Origin: Alphaproteobacteria bacterium
GTDB lineage: Bacteria > Pseudomonadota > Alphaproteobacteria > UBA9219
NCBI GenBank assembly: GCA_028866275.1
Contig: JAGWIK010000001.1
Location: 63,524 to 127,523, forward strand
Reading direction: 5' to 3'
DNA: 64,000 bases
The position numbers and the translations under genes are program-made. The notes below the pieces were generated by a model. That model did not search any database. It saw only the letters and a list, made by a program, of their open reading frames with translations, and was not told the origin of the DNA. Positions 47,191 to 56,432 of the stretch are shown here, piece after piece (the stretch's first letter is position 1; every line of letters begins with the position of its first letter).

Positions 47191-47496
47191 ATGAAAATGT
47201 TTAATCCGCCCCATCCGGGGGAAATCGTACGGGATCAATGCCTGGAACCGCTTGGGCTTTCGGTGACCGCGGCCGCCGCTGGGCTGGGCATCACGCGTAA
47301 GGCTTTGTCAGAGATTGTCAACGGACATGCGGGCCTGTCCCCGAGTATGGCCATTCGTCTCGCCAAGGCTTTCGGCGGTACACCGGAAATGTGGATGCGG
47401 TTGCAGATGCAATATGATCTGGCGGCTGCGGAAAAGCGTGAAAGAAAAATCAAGGTCACCAATTTTTATGACGGCGCGCATGCCGGCGGCATGTAG
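47191..47496 (+). CDS. higA: Type II TA antitoxin, HigA family
   Basis: [19 protein letters not shown] and WMRLQ..YDL motifs. Confidence 0.94.
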   Translation: MKMFNPPHPGEIVRDQCLEPLGLSVTAAAAGLGITRKALSEIVNGHAGLSPSMAIRLAKAFGGTPEMWMRLQMQYDLAAAEKRERKIKVTNFYDGAHAGGM

Positions 47497-47507
47497 TATT
47501 GAAAGAC

Positions 47508-48407
47508 CTATGACCGCGGCAATTTCGTGCCCGTCGCCGCGCGTTCCTGCAACACTTTGCGGCGGAACGAAAACAGCTTGGCAGGGCGTCCCGACGCGCC
47601 GCGCGTCGCGCCGCCGCTTTCCTCGACCAGACCTTGCGATTCCACCAAACGGCGGAAATTCTGTTTATGCAGGCGCAACCCCGCCAAAGCTTCGACGGTG
47701 TTCTGCAATTGCAACAACGTAAATTGGCGCGGCAATAATTCGAAAACCACGGGGTGGTACTTGATCTTGGCGCGCAACCTCGCCATCGCGGTGGCAAGGA
47801 TGCGGCGGTGATCCTGCGGCATCGCGGTGCCGATATTGTCGCGCGCCGATCCCGCTTCGGCGACAAGGCCGGCGTCCCACAGCAGCTCGTAACGCTGCAG
47901 AACCAGTTCCTCGTTCCACAGCCGCCTGTCGGCGGGAAAGGTAATGCCGATGCGGTCGTCGCGCGCGCGTTTTGTCGCCGCGTCGGGCGCGGCGTTTTTC
48001 CACGCCGTCAGCGCCGGCGCGATTTTTTGGGCAATGACGGGCGGCGGGCCGTCGCGGTAATCTTCCCACGGGAAATGATCGTACCACGGCGACCACCCAT
48101 CCTCGGCGCGGCCGTCAATGTAAACCAATGCCAGATAGCCGATGGAAACCGACCGTTCGGCGGCTTTGGTGCGGTCGCGGTCGGCGAACGTATATAATTG
48201 TTCGACATAGCCCAGCGTCTGCCCGCCTTTGGCCTTGGCCCATGCCCGCAACCCCTGTTCCAGCGTGCGGTGGCCGCTTTCGAAGGGGCCGGACGGCAAG
48301 GCTTTTTCATCGCCGGTCAACAAACACGGCGCGCCGCCGATGACCGCCACGATCACGGCATTCAATTCGATGGGAACGGCGGCAGAGGGGCGGGTTTTGC
48401 TTTTCAC
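47508..48407 (-). CDS. nadQ: Nudix-related NAD biosynthesis regulator (NadQ/NrtR-like)
   Basis: GYVEQLYTFADR, WNEELVLQRYELL, DHRRILATA, RAKIKY, LHKQNFRR and GRPAKLF motifs; near nadABC with a matching operator. Confidence 0.9.
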   Translation of the reverse strand: MKSKTRPSAAVPIELNAVIVAVIGGAPCLLTGDEKALPSGPFESGHRTLEQGLRAWAKAKGGQTLGYVEQLYTFADRDRTKAAERSVSIGYLALVYIDGRAEDGWSPWYDHFPWEDYRDGPPPVIAQKIAPALTAWKNAAPDAATKRARDDRIGITFPADRRLWNEELVLQRYELLWDAGLVAEAGSARDNIGTAMPQDHRRILATAMARLRAKIKYHPVVFELLPRQFTLLQLQNTVEALAGLRLHKQNFRRLVESQGLVEESGGATRGASGRPAKLFSFRRKVLQERAATGTKLPRS

Positions 48408-48419
48408 AAAAGCGCGGCG

Positions 48420-48665
48420 TTATTTGCTGCCCTGGTCGATCTTATCCATCACATAGCCGCCCGCGACGCCGACCGCGCCGCCGATGGCCGCGCCACACGC
48501 GACGCAACCGCCGGTCATGACCGTGGCGACCGCGCCGACAACCGTGCCCGCCGCGCCGCCGGTTACCATCCGTTGTTGCTGGCTGTCCAGATCGGCGCAG
48601 CCCGTCATGGCCAGAAGGCCGGCGATCAGAACCGTTCTTTGCAAAAATTTCACAGGCATGGACAT
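48420..48665 (-). CDS. Small glycine-zipper lipoprotein
   Basis: MTGC lipobox; GGAAG and GAAIGGAVG zipper; GGAGG RBS. Confidence 0.8.
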   Translation of the reverse strand: MSMPVKFLQRTVLIAGLLAMTGCADLDSQQQRMVTGGAAGTVVGAVATVMTGGCVACGAAIGGAVGVAGGYVMDKIDQGSK

Positions 48666-48804
48666 GGGAGCCTCCCTGATAAAGCTGGATGGATCGTGTC
48701 AACCATCGGACAAATAGAGTAAAAAAATGGTAAATTTATGGCTTTGGCTTTGCGGGCCATAAAGCGTATAAACGCGTTCCGCCTCAACCCCCAAGGAGGA
48801 TCCC

Positions 48805-49428
48805 ATGTACAAACTTTATTACAGCCCCGGCGCCTGTTCGATGAGCGTTCACGTTGCGCTGAACGAATGCAACCAACCCGTCACTCTGGAAAAAGTTGAT
48901 CTGGCGAACGGCAAGCAGCGCGCGCCCGAATTTCTGGCGATCAATCCGCGCGGACAGATCCCCGTTCTGGTCGATGGCGAGGTGGTGTTGCGTGAAGGCG
49001 CCGCGATTCTGATCCATGTTTTGGAAAAACACCACAGCCCGCTGCTGCCGAAGGAAGGCGCGGCGCGCGCCGAAGCGTTGGAATGGCTGATGTTCGCCAA
49101 CGCCACGCTGCATCCCGCTTATGCGCGCGCGTTTTTCCTCAAACGCGGCGGCGTTACCGAAGGCCCGTTGATGGACGCGGCGGCCGCGAATATCAATAAA
49201 TTGTGGGAAGAAGTCGACGCGCGTCTGGCCACCCGCGCCTATATCTGCGGCGACAGCGTGACGGTCGCGGATATTCTTCTGACCGTCATCGCCAACTGGT
49301 CGGGCAATGTGCCGCGTCCCATCGCGTTGGGTGAAAATACCAAACGGTTGTTAAAGGAAATCAGCGCGCGCCCGTCCTATCAAAAAGCTTTGGCGACGGA
49401 ACAGGTCGAATATAAAGCGGCGGCATAG
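48805..49428 (+). CDS. Glutathione S-transferase
   Basis: YYSPGACS, INPRGQIP and TVADI motifs; AGGAGG RBS. Confidence 0.95.
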   Translation: MYKLYYSPGACSMSVHVALNECNQPVTLEKVDLANGKQRAPEFLAINPRGQIPVLVDGEVVLREGAAILIHVLEKHHSPLLPKEGAARAEALEWLMFANATLHPAYARAFFLKRGGVTEGPLMDAAAANINKLWEEVDARLATRAYICGDSVTVADILLTVIANWSGNVPRPIALGENTKRLLKEISARPSYQKALATEQVEYKAAA

Positions 49429-49431
49429 GAA

Positions 49432-50163
49432 CTATAAAAATTCGGCGACCGTCTGTTTCAGCAGTTCCAGATCTTCGGGCGTGCTGAGCCGGTGGTCGCC
49501 GTTTTTAATCAACGTCACGCGCGTATCGCTTTGGGTTATGTGCTGCGCGATGCGCGGCGCGTAATCCCACGGCACATCCGTATCGCCCATGCCTTGTATC
49601 AGGCGTACGGGGCAAGGCACCGCCAGCGGCGACCGCAACACCAGATGATCGCGCCCTTCCTCGATCAACCGCCACGTCATCGGCGCGTGCGCGCCGTCTT
49701 CCTGAATTTTTCCGTCGCGCATCAGCATTTCACGCTGCGCCGCCGTCAGTTTGTTCCAGACCAGTTCTTCGGTAAAATCCGGCGCGGCGGCGACGCCGAT
49801 CAAGGCGCGCATCCGTTCCGGCCGCGCCCGCGCCAGCAATAACGCCAGCCATCCGCCCATCGACGACCCGATGACGATTTGCGGCCCCGCCGTCAAGGCG
49901 TCGATCGCGGCCAGCGTGTCGGCGAACCATGCGCCGATCGTGCCGTCGGCAAACGCGCCGGACGACAATCCGCAGCCGCGATAGTCGAAGCGCAGGAAGC
50001 CGATATTTTGTGCGGCGCAGGTTTCGGCCATAAAACAGGCCTTTGTGCCTGTCATATCCGAAGCATAGCCGCTTAAAAAGACGACGCCCGGTTTGCGTGC
50101 ATCGCCAACTTGTCGTTGATATGCGATGCGGCCATCGGCTACACTCAGAAACTCGACCGTCAT
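49432..50163 (-). CDS. Alpha/beta hydrolase (ABHD10-like)
   Basis: SDMTGTK, FDYRG, GSSMGG nucleophile, APDFT, D-VP and GDHRLS motifs. Confidence 0.92.
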   Translation of the reverse strand: MTVEFLSVADGRIAYQRQVGDARKPGVVFLSGYASDMTGTKACFMAETCAAQNIGFLRFDYRGCGLSSGAFADGTIGAWFADTLAAIDALTAGPQIVIGSSMGGWLALLLARARPERMRALIGVAAAPDFTEELVWNKLTAAQREMLMRDGKIQEDGAHAPMTWRLIEEGRDHLVLRSPLAVPCPVRLIQGMGDTDVPWDYAPRIAQHITQSDTRVTLIKNGDHRLSTPEDLELLKQTVAEFL

Positions 50164-50181
50164 GGATAGACCCTTGTTAAA

Positions 50182-51408
50182 ATGAACGCCCCGAACCCTA
50201 CCACAAAAATGCAATCGCTCAACGCCGTCCCCGCCAATGCCGCAACGCGGCGCGGCGCGCGCACCGGCGTATTGCATATGTGCGCCGATCTGGATTACGG
50301 CGATCCCGCGCGCGAAACGGTAACGCTGGCGGTGCTGACGCAACGTCTGGGCTGGCGCGCGCTGATCGCATCGGGCGGCGGCACCTTGGTGACCGAAGCC
50401 GAACGCGCCGCGGTCAAGCATGTGCGCATGCCGTTGGGCCGCCACGGCGTGGTGGCGAGCTGGCGCAACCGCGTTCATCTGGAAACGCTGGTGCAGCGTG
50501 AACGGCCCGCGCTTATTCATGCCCACGGGGCCAACACGATTGAAATGGCTTGCCGCGTCGGGCGGTTGCACCAACTGCCTTTGGTCGTCGATATCACGCA
50601 ACCCATTCCCGACACGCCCTATGCCCATCGGTTGATGACGCTGGTGGCGCAATCGTCATGCACCTTGCGCGTGCCGACCGAAACAATGGCCAAGCATTTG
50701 ACCGGCACGTTTCGTCTGAATCCGGCATTGATCGCGCGCGTCGCCCCCGGCATCGACTTGCAAAATTACAACATGGCTGCGATCAGCGCCGAACGGTTGC
50801 TGAATCTCAGCCGCTTGTGGCGCCTGCCCGAACAGGGGATCGTCGCGTTGATGCCGATGCCGTTGGAAAACGGCATGGGGCATCCGGTCTTTTTGCGGGC
50901 TCTGGCCGAACTGAAATCGGAAAATATCTATGCCATCATGATCGGCGGCGACCGCAACGATCGGGGGCGGCGCGCGGAAATCGAACAAAGCGTCACGCGT
51001 CTGGGCCTCGGCGGCAAGGTCATTATGCCGGAAACCTGTCCCGACTGGCCCGCGGCTTTCTGGCTGGCCAGCGTCGTGGTCGCGCCCAACACCGCGGTGC
51101 GGGGACAGACGATGGAAATACTCGGGGCGCAGGCTTTGGGGCGTCCGGTGATCGTCACGTCGGTCGGCGCCAACGAAGAAATGGTGGTCAAAGGCGAAAC
51201 CGCCTGGGTCGTTCCGCCCGACAATGTCACCGCTTTGGCCAAGGCGTTGCGCGACGCCGCCCATATGTCGACCGACCAGCGCGTCAATCTGGCCGACAAT
51301 ACGCGCTATTTCGTCGAAGAAAATTTCCCGCAGGCCAACTGGTTCAACGGCATGATGGAAATCTATGAAAAATTGATGTTCCCCGCGGCGCGGCGCACGG
51401 CGGCATAG
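50182..51408 (+). CDS. GT4 family glycosyltransferase homolog with a degenerate active site
   Basis: GT-B scaffold (ASGGG, IHAH, GID, AQALGRPVI, GETAWVVPP); the EX7E, donor Arg/Lys and GG motifs are absent. Confidence 0.85.
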   Translation: MNAPNPTTKMQSLNAVPANAATRRGARTGVLHMCADLDYGDPARETVTLAVLTQRLGWRALIASGGGTLVTEAERAAVKHVRMPLGRHGVVASWRNRVHLETLVQRERPALIHAHGANTIEMACRVGRLHQLPLVVDITQPIPDTPYAHRLMTLVAQSSCTLRVPTETMAKHLTGTFRLNPALIARVAPGIDLQNYNMAAISAERLLNLSRLWRLPEQGIVALMPMPLENGMGHPVFLRALAELKSENIYAIMIGGDRNDRGRRAEIEQSVTRLGLGGKVIMPETCPDWPAAFWLASVVVAPNTAVRGQTMEILGAQALGRPVIVTSVGANEEMVVKGETAWVVPPDNVTALAKALRDAAHMSTDQRVNLADNTRYFVEENFPQANWFNGMMEIYEKLMFPAARRTAA

Positions 51409-51414
51409 GCGGCA

Positions 51415-51918
51415 TCACACCACCGCCGCGATCCCCATCAATTGCAATTTCAATTCGACCGCCGAATGCGGCGCGCGTTGTTTGATCAACGCATCGACGC
51501 GGTTTTGCAGGGTGGCAAAACATTTGCGGAATTTCCATTCGCGCGCGTCCGGCGTCGGCGCGGCCAGCGGATCGTCGACCGGCCAATGCACGCGCACCGG
51601 GTCGCCCGGCCATTTGGGGCAATGGGCGCGCGCTTCTTCGGACAAGGTCACGATAACGTCGACCAGAATCGATTGCGGCGCGCGGAAAATTTCCTGCCAG
51701 CCTTTGGTGTGCAGCCCGTCGGTCGAAATGCCTTCGGCGCGCAGCATGGCAAGGGCTTGCGGTTCGATGGCGGGGCGCATGCTGTAACCCGCGCTGATGG
51801 CGGCGAAACGCGCGCCGCCTTTGTGGCGCAACAGGGCTTCGGCCAGAATGCCCCGCACGGCGTTGCCCGTCGACAGAAATAAAACAGTGGTGGGATGGGC
51901 GGCGGGGGCAGATGTCAT
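51415..51918 (-). CDS. ArsC/LMW-PTP family protein with Ser replacing the catalytic Cys
   Basis: VLFLSTGNAVRGILAEA, SAG, CPKWPG and HWPVDDP motifs. Confidence 0.85.
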   Translation of the reverse strand: MTSAPAAHPTTVLFLSTGNAVRGILAEALLRHKGGARFAAISAGYSMRPAIEPQALAMLRAEGISTDGLHTKGWQEIFRAPQSILVDVIVTLSEEARAHCPKWPGDPVRVHWPVDDPLAAPTPDAREWKFRKCFATLQNRVDALIKQRAPHSAVELKLQLMGIAAVV

Positions 51919-52064
51919 GATATCCGGTTCATGCTTTCTTTACTTTTCCGCGAAAGGCGAATCACTGGCCCTACTGTAGGAGCCTGCGATTCCCGCGGTC
52001 AATGATTTGCCCTTCGTTTTTTGCCGCCGCAACCCGACATTCCGGCGGGCGTTGCAAGAAAGAC

Positions 52065-52541
52065 TCACTTCGTTTCGGAAAGCGTCTGACGATAGGCCCG
52101 CGCCGCGCCCCATCCCTGACGCATGGCCAGAAAACTTGCAACGGCGATGGCGGCCAATATCCACAGACCCCAACAGGCGTTGTTTCCGTTCCACAGCAGC
52201 CGCGGTTCGGCGGCGGCATCGATGGCGAAGATCGTGCCGCACGATGCGAAACTTATCCCGCCCAGAACGCATGTGGTATAGGCCTTGCACATGCGGATAA
52301 AAACGGCGGTGTGTCGCGCGGTGGCGCGCAAATTGCCGGCGGCCAACACATCCTGCAGCGCCTGTTTTTTAAGGATGGGGTCGGCGGGGGATATCCAGGG
52401 TTGTTCGTCGCGATGGCGGATCCGCGCCCGGCGCCACGCCAGAAAAAGCGCGACGGCCAGAAACAGCACGGCGATCGACAGGCCGATTACCCACGGCATT
52501 ATGCCGTCGCCTGCCGCAGGAAGTATCTCGATAAATTCCAT
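52065..52541 (-). CDS. Hypothetical membrane protein
   Basis: About three hydrophobic segments; GGGGA RBS-like site; no clear family. Confidence 0.5.
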   Translation of the reverse strand: MEFIEILPAAGDGIMPWVIGLSIAVLFLAVALFLAWRRARIRHRDEQPWISPADPILKKQALQDVLAAGNLRATARHTAVFIRMCKAYTTCVLGGISFASCGTIFAIDAAAEPRLLWNGNNACWGLWILAAIAVASFLAMRQGWGAARAYRQTLSETK

Positions 52542-52634
52542 GAATGCGTCCCCGATGGATCGCTATACCCTATGCCCATTCAATTGAAAGAGGATTAATG
52601 CTTGAGTTGCGGACAGGATATGTTAAAAAACGCT

Positions 52635-54602
52635 ATGCAACAGACACTTAACGATAAATCGGTTCCGGTTCGCCTCACACTGCCTGACGGCGCCGTCAAG
52701 GAATTTTCCGGCCCCGTCACGGGCATGGATGTCGCCGCCTCCATCGGCGCGGGCCTTGCCAAGGCCGCGCTGGCCGTCAAGCTCGACGGTGAAATGCGCG
52801 ACCTGATGCGCCCCATTGAATCGGACGCGCATATTGAAATCGTTACCCGCAAATCGCCGGAAGCGCTGGAATTGATCCGCCACGACACCGCGCATATTCT
52901 GGCCGAAGCGGTGCAGGAACTGTTCCCGGGCACGCAGGTGACGATAGGCCCCGTGATCGAAAACGGATTTTATTACGATTTCGCGCGCGACACCCCGTTC
53001 AGCACGGCGGATTTCGAAAAGATCGAAGCGAAAATGCGCGACATCGTGGCGCGCGACACGCCGTTGGTGCGCGAAGTGTGGAATCGCGACGACGCGGTTA
53101 AATTTTTCGCGGCAAAAGGCGAAAAATATAAAGCCGAGATCATCCGCGATTTGCCCGCCGATCAAACCATTACGCTGTATGCGCAGGGCGAATGGAAAGA
53201 TTTGTGCCGCGGGCCGCATCTGCCGTCGACCGGCAAGATCGGCACGGCGTTCAAATTGTTGAAACTGGCGGGCGCTTACTGGCGCGGCGACAGCAACAAC
53301 GCCATGTTGCAGCGTATTTACGGCACGGCGTGGCGCGACGACAAGGAATTGCAGGCGCATCTGACGATGCTGGAAGAAGCCGAAAAACGCGATCATCGCA
53401 AAATCGGCCGCGAACTCGACCTGTTCCATATGCAGGATGAATCGTCGGGCAGCGTGTTCTGGCATCCCAAGGGCTGGACATTGTTTCGTTTGCTGGAAAA
53501 TTACGTCCGCCGCCGCATCCATGATGCGGGCTATGTCGAAGTCAACACGCCGTTGCTTTACGACAGCTCGCTGTTCAAGGCGTCGGGCCATTGGGACATG
53601 TATGGCGACAACATGTTCAAGGTTCCGGTCAAAGCCGGCGACGACGAAAAAGACGTGCGGTTTCTGGGGCTGAAGCCGATGAATTGCCCCGCGCATGTGC
53701 AAATTTTCAAGCAGGGCATCAAATCCTACCGCGACCTGCCGCTGCGCATGGCCGAATTCGGCACCTGCATGCGCAACGAAGCGCATGGCGCGCTGCACGG
53801 CATCATGCGCGTGCGCCAGATGGTGCAGGACGACGCGCATATTTTCTGTACCGAGGATCAGATTCAGGCGGAAAGCCTGGCTTTCTGCACCTTGCTGCAA
53901 TCGGTTTATGCCGAACTGGGTTTTTCGGTCGCGCGCGTGCGTCTGGCCGACCGGCCCGATATACGCACGGGTTCCGACGAGGTTTGGGACAAGGCCGAAG
54001 CCGCGTTGCACAGCGCGTTGAAAGCCGCCGGTCTGGACTATGACATCAACAAGGGCGACGGCGCGTTCTACGGGCCGAAGATCGAATTCTATATGAAGGA
54101 CGCTATCGGCCGCGAATGGCAATGCGGCACGTTACAGGTCGATTTCAATCTGCCCGAACGTCTGGGCGCGGAATATGTCGGCGAAGACGGGCAGAAACAC
54201 CGGCCCGTCATGCTGCATCGCGCCGTGCTGGGGTCGCTGCACCGCTTTCTCGGCATATTGATCGAACATTATGTCGGCAAATTTCCGTTGTGGCTGGCAC
54301 CGGTGCAGGCTGTCGTCTGCACCATTACCAACGATGCCGAAGGCTACGCGCAGGAGGTTTACGCCGCGCTGGACAAAGCTGGCATCCGCGCGCAAATCGA
54401 CGTGCGGCCGGAAAAGATCAACGCGAAAATCCGCGACCACAGTTTGCAAAAAGTGCCGTTGATTTTGGTGGTCGGGCGCAAGGAAGCGGAAGGCAAAACC
54501 GTGGCGTTGCGCCGTCTGGGCGGCGAAGCGCAGGAAATGATGACGCTGGCCGACGCGGTGGCTCTGCTGGTTGCCGAAGCAAACCCGCCGGATCTGCGAT
54601 AA
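52635..54602 (+). CDS. thrS: Threonine--tRNA ligase (start uncertain, 52620 or 52635)
   Basis: TGS domain; RHDTAH, DLCRGPH, AYWRGD, RDHRK, KPMNCP, GAFYGPK and MLHRA motifs. Confidence 0.98.
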   Translation: MQQTLNDKSVPVRLTLPDGAVKEFSGPVTGMDVAASIGAGLAKAALAVKLDGEMRDLMRPIESDAHIEIVTRKSPEALELIRHDTAHILAEAVQELFPGTQVTIGPVIENGFYYDFARDTPFSTADFEKIEAKMRDIVARDTPLVREVWNRDDAVKFFAAKGEKYKAEIIRDLPADQTITLYAQGEWKDLCRGPHLPSTGKIGTAFKLLKLAGAYWRGDSNNAMLQRIYGTAWRDDKELQAHLTMLEEAEKRDHRKIGRELDLFHMQDESSGSVFWHPKGWTLFRLLENYVRRRIHDAGYVEVNTPLLYDSSLFKASGHWDMYGDNMFKVPVKAGDDEKDVRFLGLKPMNCPAHVQIFKQGIKSYRDLPLRMAEFGTCMRNEAHGALHGIMRVRQMVQDDAHIFCTEDQIQAESLAFCTLLQSVYAELGFSVARVRLADRPDIRTGSDEVWDKAEAALHSALKAAGLDYDINKGDGAFYGPKIEFYMKDAIGREWQCGTLQVDFNLPERLGAEYVGEDGQKHRPVMLHRAVLGSLHRFLGILIEHYVGKFPLWLAPVQAVVCTITNDAEGYAQEVYAALDKAGIRAQIDVRPEKINAKIRDHSLQKVPLILVVGRKEAEGKTVALRRLGGEAQEMMTLADAVALLVAEANPPDLR

Positions 54603-54682
54603 ACAGTGCATTTGGAGCTCCGTCACCCGCAACGTCGAAGGCGGGAGGCGCGCTGCCGGACGAGGCATATAGACAGATAGAC

Positions 54683-54712
54683 TTGACAGTTTAACTGTTA
54701 ATATGACATAAT
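54683..54712 (+). promoter_or_regulatory. Sigma70-like promoter with a candidate MarR operator
   Basis: TTGACA at 54683; TGA-CATAAT extended -10 at 54704-54712; palindrome ACAGTT-T-AACTGT at 54686-54698; ATG follows at 54719 (leaderless). Confidence 0.7.
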
Positions 54713-54718
54713 GCGCTT

Positions 54719-55156
54719 ATGTCATCATCCAAACCCATCGAACCGGCCATCGCCGAACTGACGCTTGCCTTGGGGTCGCTCATCAGGCGCGTTCGGGCGG
54801 CAGCGCCTTCGGAACTTAGCGATCTGTCGTGGACGCAGAAATCCGTCATCGTTCGCCTTGATAAAGACGGCCCCGCAACCGCCGCAGACCTTGCCCGCGC
54901 TGAGGGCGTGAAGGCGCAATCCATGGGAACCTCCATCGCGGTGCTTGAGAAAATGGGGTTGGTCGCGCGCAAGCCGCATCCTACCGATGGCCGCCAGATG
55001 AACATCGTTCTGACCGCCAAAGGCAAAACCATGCGTAAGAATACGCGAGAAGCCAAACATACATGGCTGACGCAGGCGATAGAAAAACTCGACAAGAAAG
55101 AGCAGGAAAAACTGTTCGCGGCGGGCGAGATCATCAAAAAACTCGTCGATTTATGA
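54719..55156 (+). CDS. MarR family transcriptional regulator
   Basis: ADLARAE, LEKMGLV, DGR and LTAKG motifs. Confidence 0.93.
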   Translation: MSSSKPIEPAIAELTLALGSLIRRVRAAAPSELSDLSWTQKSVIVRLDKDGPATAADLARAEGVKAQSMGTSIAVLEKMGLVARKPHPTDGRQMNIVLTAKGKTMRKNTREAKHTWLTQAIEKLDKKEQEKLFAAGEIIKKLVDL

Positions 55157-56412
55157 AAACCTCTTTTTCCCATGCGTGGCGCGCATTAAAGAACCGGAAT
55201 TTCCGGCTCTTTTTTATAGGGCAAGGCATTTCGGTCATCGGTACATGGATGACGCGCATGGCGACCGGCTGGCTGGTTTATCGGCTGACCGGCTCTGCGC
55301 TTCTTCTCGGCATCGTTGGTTTTGCAAGCCAGATCGTTCCCTTTCTTTTGCAACCTTTGGCCGGGGCCTGGGTCGAAAGGATAAATCGGCGGAAACTTTT
55401 AATCTGGACGCAGATAGCAGCCGCCATCCAGTCTCTGACACTTGCAGCCCTTACACTCGGTCACATCATCACGATTTGGGAAGTTATCGTACTCAGCGCC
55501 CTGCAAGGACTGGTCAATGCGTTCGACGCGCCGGGACGCCATTCATTTTTTGTCCAGATGATTGAGGATCGAGGCGATCTCGGAAACGCCATTGCCTTGA
55601 ACTCGACAATGGTCAATGGCGCGCGGTTACTGGGGCCTGCGCTTGCCGGCGTCACAATCGGGCTCGTCGGCGAAGGCGGATGTTTTCTGATCGACGGCAT
55701 CAGCTATCTGGCGGTCATCGCCTCGCTTCTCATGATGAGGATTAAACGGATAGAGGCGGTGCATACGGCGGATAACCTGCTCCGGCAAATGCGCGAAGGC
55801 TGGGATTATGTCCGCGGTTTTTCTCCCATCAGAACCATCCTCGTGCTTTTCTCAATCGTCTCGCTGATGGGGTATCCTTATATGGTTTTGCTGCCCATTT
55901 TCGCGGGTCAGGTCTTCCATGGAGGCCCTTATGCGCTGGGCTGGCTTACGGCGGCTTCGGGGCTGGGGGCGTTAATTTCCGCGCTTTCTCTCGCGTTCCG
56001 AAAATCGGTCGTCGGCTTGATGCGCGTGATACGGATGAGTTCAGCCATGCTTGGCCTCGCGTTAATCCTGTTCGGATTCTCGCATCAATTTATTCTGTCT
56101 CTTTTGCTCATGGGGTTTGCGGGCTTCGGCATGATGCAGGTTGCCTCCGCCAGCAATACGGTCATGCAAACCCTTGTGCCGGAGGATAAGCGCGCCCGCG
56201 TCATCAGCTATTACGCCATGGCGTATTTTGGTTCGGCCCCGATCGGCAGCCTGTTGGCAGGTGCTTTGGCCCAGAAAATCGGGGCCTCCGCCACGGTCAT
56301 CATCACCGGGGCTTTCTGTTTTCTGGGGTCGGTCTGGTTTGCGCGGCAAATGCCGAAAGTCAGGGCCGTCATGCGTCCGATCTATCAGAATATGGGGCTT
56401 CTGCCCGAATAA
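55153..56412 (+). CDS. MFS transporter (DHA3 / MFS_3-like)
   Basis: RNFRLFFIGQGISVIGTWM, NAIALNS and ARLLGPALAG motifs; about 12 TM helices. Confidence 0.92.
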   Translation: MKTSFSHAWRALKNRNFRLFFIGQGISVIGTWMTRMATGWLVYRLTGSALLLGIVGFASQIVPFLLQPLAGAWVERINRRKLLIWTQIAAAIQSLTLAALTLGHIITIWEVIVLSALQGLVNAFDAPGRHSFFVQMIEDRGDLGNAIALNSTMVNGARLLGPALAGVTIGLVGEGGCFLIDGISYLAVIASLLMMRIKRIEAVHTADNLLRQMREGWDYVRGFSPIRTILVLFSIVSLMGYPYMVLLPIFAGQVFHGGPYALGWLTAASGLGALISALSLAFRKSVVGLMRVIRMSSAMLGLALILFGFSHQFILSLLLMGFAGFGMMQVASASNTVMQTLVPEDKRARVISYYAMAYFGSAPIGSLLAGALAQKIGASATVIITGAFCFLGSVWFARQMPKVRAVMRPIYQNMGLLPE

Positions 56413-56432
56413 CTGGAACAGGGAGAAAAGAC

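Noticed and set aside
51975-52056. TGTAGGAGCC... GTAG-REP-like start and a nearby hairpin
   Set aside because: The palindrome is too degenerate and occurs once.
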